The notes under the pieces were generated by a model, which saw only the letters and a program-made list of their open reading frames with translations, made no database searches and was not told the origin of the DNA. Source: a virus. Taken from it: DNA of 64,000 nt. Position numbers and translations under genes: made by a program. This document shows, piece after piece, positions 30,955 through 37,700 of this stretch (its first letter is position 1; every line of letters starts with the position of its first letter). The stretch lies in IMG/VR virus record IMGVR_UViG_3300045988_076381; one strand, 5' to 3'.

Positions 30955-31638
30955 TTAAGCTTTAGCTACTTGATCATTTGGTAGGTTAGGTGCGGCTAAA
31001 CTCCTATACCACCGTACCTTTTTTTCTGTGATTCTTCTTTTAATATCATTAGTCAAGAAGTTCATATTAGATACCTCTTCTGCATTACAACAAGTAAATT
31101 GTTCTAATTGTCTAGGATCTTTAAATACGGCTATTATAGATAATGTTTTAATCAACGGAGCATTAAATATATAACAATCATACATCCCATTTTCATTAGG
31201 TGCTGTATCTATATAAATATAAGGCTTTCTTCCTAACCACCTATTATATTTATGATACTGATAAGATATATCAGTATAAATTTTAAATGGAGTATTTCTA
31301 TCAACAGTTCCGAAATACTGAATTGCATCAACTCCTAAATCTGTAACAATTTGAGGTATTTCTACATGAGGAATATTAGTCTCTCTAACATTTAAATTAG
31401 AATTACATAAATTACAATTCTCTATAGGTTTACAATCTACCTCTAAACAATTAATAGATGTAACTAAATCCTTAACTGGAAGAAGTCCTTTTAAAGCGTA
31501 TTCTTTTATTATAGTTAATCTCTCATCTACTATATCATCTTCTAACTGTTCAACAGATAAGGATATATTAGATGTAATACCTCTTAATCCTGATAAAATA
31601 TCGTTTAAAATCGCAGAGGCTAATTTATTTAATTCCAT
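30955..31638 (-). CDS. hypothetical head-tail joining region protein (227 aa)
   Basis: ORF; the call rests on position only. Confidence 0.45.
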   Translation of the reverse strand: MELNKLASAILNDILSGLRGITSNISLSVEQLEDDIVDERLTIIKEYALKGLLPVKDLVTSINCLEVDCKPIENCNLCNSNLNVRETNIPHVEIPQIVTDLGVDAIQYFGTVDRNTPFKIYTDISYQYHKYNRWLGRKPYIYIDTAPNENGMYDCYIFNAPLIKTLSIIAVFKDPRQLEQFTCCNAEEVSNMNFLTNDIKRRITEKKVRWYRSLAAPNLPNDQVAKA

Positions 31639-31652
31639 ATAGTATAATATTT

Positions 31653-31692
31653 AAAAAGGCAGATAAGAATATTATTATCTTACCTGCCTTTT
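31653..31692 (-). terminator. rho-independent terminator
   Basis: On the minus strand the stem AAAGGCAGGTAAGA / TCTTATCTGCCTTT is followed by a T-run. It lies directly after the 31716 stop. Confidence 0.6.
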
Positions 31693-31715
31693 ATTAAATA
31701 ATATATTTTCTTATA

Positions 31716-32858
31716 TTAAGCGGTTACAGTTACATTAACAGTTAGTACTGTATCTGATCCTTTTTTATAAATTACAGCTACAGCAGAGTCTGTAGTAGCC
31801 TTGCCAGTAATTTCTGTTCCTTTTACTTCAACTTTGTCAGTAGAAGCAGAAGATACACTATCATATTCAGAAATCTTAATATCTACATATTTCTTTTCTC
31901 CTACTTTTAATGTCATAGTCTGAGTAGCCGCATCCGTACCAGTATTATCGGAAGCTTTTTCTACATCATCTATAACTACTCCAGCAGCTTTTACAGCAGT
32001 TTCGAAAGTATCTGAGATAGAAGTATTAACCCAGAAAACAGCTTTAGTAATAGATACTAATTTTTCACCTACAGCACCCATACCAGTATGATCTCTTTCG
32101 CATTCATAATCAAATACATATTGATTATAAGAAGCTCCCGGTACAATCTTAGAATCATCATTATCCTGATTAAAGATACCAGTTCTGAGACTAGTCTGGA
32201 TCTGTACATTTTTCAACATAGTCCAGTAAGTACCGACACCTTCTTTAGCAGTTTGAGTATGGCTACCAGTTAAGATAGTTCTGTATACTGGTTCTTTAGG
32301 ATAATAATTACCTAAAGCAGCAGTACTAAAATCTTCTAATTTCTGTACTTCTAGTACATTAAATAACTGGAACTCATTAGCAGAAGTTACAGTAATTTTA
32401 GCACCATCAAGATTAGCTTTAAACCGAAGATTGTTATAGAAATTACCTTGTTTATTTATAATTTCAGCTAATTTTGAAGCAATATTAGAAGCAGTATCAG
32501 TACTAACTACATCTAAATTAGCATAAAACATTCTCCGACGCCTATCATCCATAGTTTCAGCGAAATATGAATCAGCAGATCCGGAAAGCTGCATACCAAT
32601 AGCTAATCTAATATGATTTATTACACCAGCAGTTGTGGGTTTAACAGCATCAGTAATAGTAATTTCAGATATAGATACCTGAGGATTTGAAGCTGATGTC
32701 TTATATATCTTCCCACCTTTAATATTTGCAGTTTTATAATCTCCTACACGAAGAACCCTAAAACCTTGTTCACCACTTATCTGATTATCGAACTTATTAA
32801 GTCCACTAAGCGAATCTTTCGCACTATTAATAATTACTTCATTTACAAATTCAAACAT
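31716..32858 (-). CDS. capsid-associated protein with C-terminal Ig-like domain (380 aa); candidate auxiliary/decoration protein
   Basis: The C-terminal ~70 aa (TLKVGEKKYVDIKISEYDSVSSASTDKVEVKGTEITGKA...LTVNVTVTA) looks like a bacterial Ig-like (Big_2) domain. A strong terminator follows. The gene sits close to the MCP gene. Confidence 0.5.
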   Translation of the reverse strand: MFEFVNEVIINSAKDSLSGLNKFDNQISGEQGFRVLRVGDYKTANIKGGKIYKTSASNPQVSISEITITDAVKPTTAGVINHIRLAIGMQLSGSADSYFAETMDDRRRRMFYANLDVVSTDTASNIASKLAEIINKQGNFYNNLRFKANLDGAKITVTSANEFQLFNVLEVQKLEDFSTAALGNYYPKEPVYRTILTGSHTQTAKEGVGTYWTMLKNVQIQTSLRTGIFNQDNDDSKIVPGASYNQYVFDYECERDHTGMGAVGEKLVSITKAVFWVNTSISDTFETAVKAAGVVIDDVEKASDNTGTDAATQTMTLKVGEKKYVDIKISEYDSVSSASTDKVEVKGTEITGKATTDSAVAVIYKKGSDTVLTVNVTVTA

Positions 32859-32869
32859 GTTTATAAATT

Positions 32870-33607
32870 TTATTTATTAGGGGAAATAGGTGGAGCTATT
32901 GTTTGATTAACTATAGGATTGGTATTTAACCTAGGATCTCTATGTCTCTCTAAAAATAATTTCACCATAATATTAATTATCTCGTAACATACATATTTAG
33001 GAAACTCTAAGTCCTCCAGAATCTCGTCCTCACTCTCTAAATCATTTAAAGTCAGACTCAATTCATTAGGATATTTAATATAATCTATAGATATATCTGA
33101 GATATTTATATTCTTATCTTCTCCATAAAACAGCTTTATAATAACTGGAGTTCCAGTTTTAATTTGTCCAGAATCATCATTATATATATAATAATAAGGT
33201 GTTTTATATGAAGGTTTAAAGTAATAATTATTTAATATCCCAGGATATTTATCAGATGTTAATCTTCTTGCTCCCTTTTTAATTATTGAATTAGAATTAC
33301 ATTTAGCATTAGGGTTATTAAATGTAATTACACAATTTTTAAGATGAAAATAATCGCTAGGTAAAGTAAATAATGTTTTATCGTCATCTTTACTTACTAT
33401 ATTCCCTCCAGATAAAGTGGCAGTCATATTTAATACTCTAAGATCATCATCTTCTTGTTGGTTCATATCACAAAAGTTATATTTAGTATTTATATACTGA
33501 ATAACACTTTTATAATAATAATAATTAAACTCGTCTAAGAGCATACTGGGAGCTTTTTGTTTTTCTAATTCTATAAGTACTGCTTGATAGACTTGTTTTA
33601 AATTCAT
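32870..33607 (-). CDS. hypothetical structural protein (245 aa)
   Basis: ORF. Confidence 0.45.
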   Translation of the reverse strand: MNLKQVYQAVLIELEKQKAPSMLLDEFNYYYYKSVIQYINTKYNFCDMNQQEDDDLRVLNMTATLSGGNIVSKDDDKTLFTLPSDYFHLKNCVITFNNPNAKCNSNSIIKKGARRLTSDKYPGILNNYYFKPSYKTPYYYIYNDDSGQIKTGTPVIIKLFYGEDKNINISDISIDYIKYPNELSLTLNDLESEDEILEDLEFPKYVCYEIINIMVKLFLERHRDPRLNTNPIVNQTIAPPISPNK

Positions 33608-33615
33608 ATTATGTA

Positions 33616-34626
33616 TTATTTACTAGTCTTACTAGTAGGTTTACTTTTATTCTCCAATGGAAGTTTTTCGGCATTTTCTAAATCTTTTAATATTTCGGAA
33701 TCAGACTTAGAATCATCCAGAAAACCCTGTGTTGTAGATACCTCATTCTGTGCTTTTAAATCCTCAATTCTTTTATTATCATCGGAAATAGCTTCTATAA
33801 TTACATCCTTATCCTTTACAGAAATTTCTTGAATTTCTCTTAAAATCCTATCAGTAATAAGTTTATTCTTAGGATTTTTCATAAAATCAATACAAGAATC
33901 AGCATCTCTACCTATGATATCATTATCATTATATGTATACAATCCTGCTTTCTGTCGTAAAATACCTTTCTGTTTAGCATATGTAAATGCTATTAGATAT
34001 TTAGTATCATTACTCTCAAATAAAGAAATAATCTTCTCAGCATCTTTTTTAGCAAATTCTGTTAGAAACTCTTCAATTTCCTCATCGTAAGCATCTTTTA
34101 TATATTTACCTAAAAGCATTGCTCTAATTCTTAAAGCATCTCTTGAAGCATTATAAATATAATTTAGTGCTTTATTTAGTTTCCTTGAGGCTGTATTACG
34201 TTTTTTAGTATCCTCAACAATCCTTTCTACATAATAAACTGCTTGAGGTCCGATTTTTTCATTTGGTCCTACTAACATTTTACCACTTTCATCAAATTTC
34301 CCTTTACTATCAAAAATAAGATCAGAAAATTTAATAGCTTCCCATTGTTTAGATTTAACAGGATTACTTAGATCAAACTCATCCCCATCTTTAATAAAGA
34401 ATCTATCAGTAGTTCTAACGAAATAATCCAAAGGATCATCATCTTTACCTAAGATAATATTTCCAGATGAATCCACATTTCTGACACAAGAAGGAAATTC
34501 TCTTGTTAATGGATTCTTAACTGGGGAAATTGACATTCCAGCGTGATTAGGACCAAAACGGCTACGTAAATGTATTACCGTATCAAGTTCCTCTTTTAAA
34601 GCAGTTGTACTTATACTCATATTCAT
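33616..34626 (-). CDS. hypothetical structural protein (336 aa)
   Basis: ORF immediately downstream of the MCP terminator. Confidence 0.45.
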   Translation of the reverse strand: MNMSISTTALKEELDTVIHLRSRFGPNHAGMSISPVKNPLTREFPSCVRNVDSSGNIILGKDDDPLDYFVRTTDRFFIKDGDEFDLSNPVKSKQWEAIKFSDLIFDSKGKFDESGKMLVGPNEKIGPQAVYYVERIVEDTKKRNTASRKLNKALNYIYNASRDALRIRAMLLGKYIKDAYDEEIEEFLTEFAKKDAEKIISLFESNDTKYLIAFTYAKQKGILRQKAGLYTYNDNDIIGRDADSCIDFMKNPKNKLITDRILREIQEISVKDKDVIIEAISDDNKRIEDLKAQNEVSTTQGFLDDSKSDSEILKDLENAEKLPLENKSKPTSKTSK

Positions 34627-34647
34627 TGATCATTAAATAGTTTAAAT

Positions 34648-34680
34648 TTAAAATAAAGAGGGTTATTAGCCCTCTTTATA
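34648..34680 (-). terminator. rho-independent terminator after the MCP gene
   Basis: On the minus strand TAAAGAGGG-CTAATAA-CCCTCTTTA is followed by TTTT. It begins 3 nt after the modelled MCP stop at 34683. Confidence 0.7.
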
Positions 34681-34682
34681 TT

Positions 34683-34747
34683 TTATTTATTATAGCGGAT
34701 TCTGTCTAAAGATAACAGAACGATAGGGTGCGTATACTGATACGCCG
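34683..34747 (-). CDS. MCP exon 7 (..S)AYQYTHPIVLLSLDRIRYNK*
   Basis: The frame is fixed by exon 6 ending GGGGTT. The 3' splice site lies after GACAG; an alternative site sits 3 nt downstream. The stop TAA is at 34685..34683. Confidence 0.55.
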
Positions 34748-37700
34748 CTGTCATTTATATTTAAATAAGATCGTTACTCTTATTCGAGCGTTTGCTCCAC
34801 TATGTCGCCATAGTGATTAGACTATATCTTTAACTTAAACACTGTTACCATATTTAAGTTACTCTCCATTTCCGATAGACTTCTATCGTACTCTACTCAT
34901 TTACTTGTTATAGGATTTCTCTATAACTACACTTTCGATAGTCGTTGAACTTTATATACTACTAAATGTGATTTAGTGTATATCTTAGCTGCTGATTGTC
35001 TAAGATAGAGTTTCCAGCAATTAGAAGAGTTGTTTTCTCTAATATCGCTACTAAAGGGGGTCTAAGCTTTAAAATTTTCAGATATCAAACCCCAGTAAAT
35101 CATTTTCTTGAGCCTCCTGATCATTTTTGATCAAGAATCTTCATATTTCCATGAAGAACAGACTATATTATCACTTTTAAAAGTGTCTCCTCTTTCGAAC
35201 TTATTTAAGTTCTATGCCTATTTAATAGGACTTACTAGTCGTTGAACCTTTTTCTTTATTTAAAGAAACTTGGCTGCGGATTGTCTAATATTTAACCTTG
35301 TTACTATACCGAAGTAGTTACCTTCGCCATATAATTATTGCTAATTATATTTAGTAGTTAAATCTCTAAAGATGTTCCCGCAATTTAGGAGATTAGGATC
35401 CAAAATGATTCAGATCCTGCAACTGGTGTGCTAGCGGTTCCTCCTGAGATACCGTCGATCCCGCCTCAAAGGCTATTTTCTTATATTTTCATATAAGTTA
35501 GACTATATCATTAACTTGTTATAAGTTTATTCAATATATTTAAACACAAACCCTTTACAATGTGAAGCAGTTCCTTTAAGAACCTTGCTAACATTAGCAT
35601 ATTGTTTTCTACATTCCCTAACAGTATCAAATGTTTCTAATAGATTTCCTTCAAAATCATATCTTCCTACTTTTCTTTTTTTACATGGATTGAAATTTTT
35701 GGGAATTTCTAATTTATCTACTTTCTCCCAAGACCAAAAGTATCCACCATAACTTTGATTTAGATTTATAGCATTAGATAATCTATTTTGTTTTAAATTA
35801 CAAAATTCCTTAGCTTCTTTAGAATTTTTAAAACTACGTAAAAAATTACCTTCTAAATCATACTGATAGATAGGGTCATTACTTCTTTTTCTTTCTTGAG
35901 ATTTTATTGGATAAACATCAAATTTTCTATCGGAAATATAATATTTAGATATTTTAGTTCCTAATTTTACAGCTTTCTGTATTGAACTAAGATTAACATC
36001 TAAGTATCTAGCTGTATCAGACATAGATTTAAATTCCATGAAAAATACTCCTTTAGAAGTATATAAATAAGTTGATTTCTTTTGTAAAATAGGTTTGTTA
36101 GACAGATCTAGTTTATCAACTTTTATATCAGACCAATAAAATTCTCCACTCATACTTCCATTCAATACTGCACGCCCAATTGCAGCTTCATGAATATGAA
36201 TATGATCAGATGCCTCTTTAATACTATTAAAAGATCGTAAATAGTTTCCGGATAAAGAATACTGGTATATAATTTTATTTAATAATGGAGGAGTATCTCC
36301 GCCTAATGTAATATTATATGTATCAGATCTTCCAATGAAATTTTCATTTACTAAAAATCTTTCAATATTTTCTGCTTCTTCTCTTGTATTACATATAAAT
36401 AATGTAACTCTAGAGAAAGCATCAAATCCGTATTTCTTAACAGCACTCTGAAAAGGAGTTTTTGGATGTAATATACTAGATGGTTTATATATATTTACCC
36501 CATTTCCCAAATATCCATCAAATTTATCAGGATTCTCTGTTTCGTGTATTCCAATATAAATTTTTCTGTTTTTATTATTTATCGTTAGGTATACTATAGT
36601 TTTCATATATTGTGTTTTTACTTATACATTAAGTTATTTCCCATTTCGGAAGTAGAACTTCCTACGTCTATCCAGACTAGTCGTTGAACCCAATTTTGGA
36701 GTTTACATAAGTCTTACATATCCCAAAACCTTGGCTGCTGATTAGCATGTAATATTTATATTATTTAGCTTTCCAGCAATTAGAGAAATTTATTTTTCTG
36801 CATATCACTATGCAGCGGCGCAAGCGGATCTATTTACGCCAATTACATCAGTTTTAATCATATCACAGCCCTTGAACGTCCAAGATTCAATAGCTGGTTT
36901 TCCGTTAGCTAAGTCCGGAGTTAAGTCAAGAATAAATCCAAATGCTTGATCAGGATATTCTATATTTAAAGCTTTATCCGGCATAAAAGTAATCGTATTA
37001 CCCTGATATTCATAGCTAACAAAAGTATTACCTACTTTAACACCATCAACCGTTTCACCTACTTTCTTCTTCATACCAGAAGATTTACTATACATCAAAG
37101 TAGCAGTAGGAGTCCACCTTCCAATTTCATCCATTAAGTTATCACCAACCTGATTCCAAAGTAAAGAGTTACAGATTAATACGTAATCATTACCAGTTAA
37201 ATTCTTTGCCTTAGAGGTTAAGAAACTTAATGCTTCTTTGAAGTGTGAAGTAAGTAATTGATCGAAAGAGATTAAGTATGCATATCTTTCAATTTGAGGA
37301 ATTATCATTTGTGTTAGCTTTATGTTACCATAAAGATCAGACTATATCTTAATCTTATATATTTAATTATTAAGATCCCCTCCATTTCGAGAAATTTTTC
37401 TCTACTCCATATTGGATAGTCGTTGAACGTTTCTTATAAAAGACTTCGCTGCTGATTGTCTTTATATTTAAAGATGTTCCAGCAATTAGAAGGGTGTTTC
37501 AGTATTTATCACTAAATAAAGCGGCAAATTTCTTACCGTCGCCTATATACACTATTTATACTTTATATCACTATAAAGATTAGACTATATCATCAACTTA
37601 TCTTGTAACAATTATTTTTATTTAATTATTTAAGTTGTTCCCTGCTTCCATATATAAATATGTACGTCCGAAGACTAGTCGTTGAACTTTCATTAAATAT

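Noticed and set aside
35088-35116. Alternative exon 6/7 reading frame (EAQENDLLGF-GVSVYAPYRSVIFRQNPL*), with exon 6 starting at 35116
   Set aside because: This frame is open, but it is incompatible with the P1-defined end of exon 5. It also ignores the 9-bp P10 pairing that places the 3' splice site at 35107. The frame giving ..GSKMIYWGSAYQYTHPIVLL.. is the only one that links all the P1/P10-defined junctions.
36808-36835. C-terminal tails of the listed ORF fragments: NRSACAAA at 36808-36835, Q at 39696-39701, GKF at 37838-37849, KYSSIYLERKYKILPA at 63768-63818, and (I)DLACPSLKKFKVIK at 62470-62515
   Set aside because: These are read-through into intron sequence after the predicted 5' splice sites. 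They are not part of the mature proteins.
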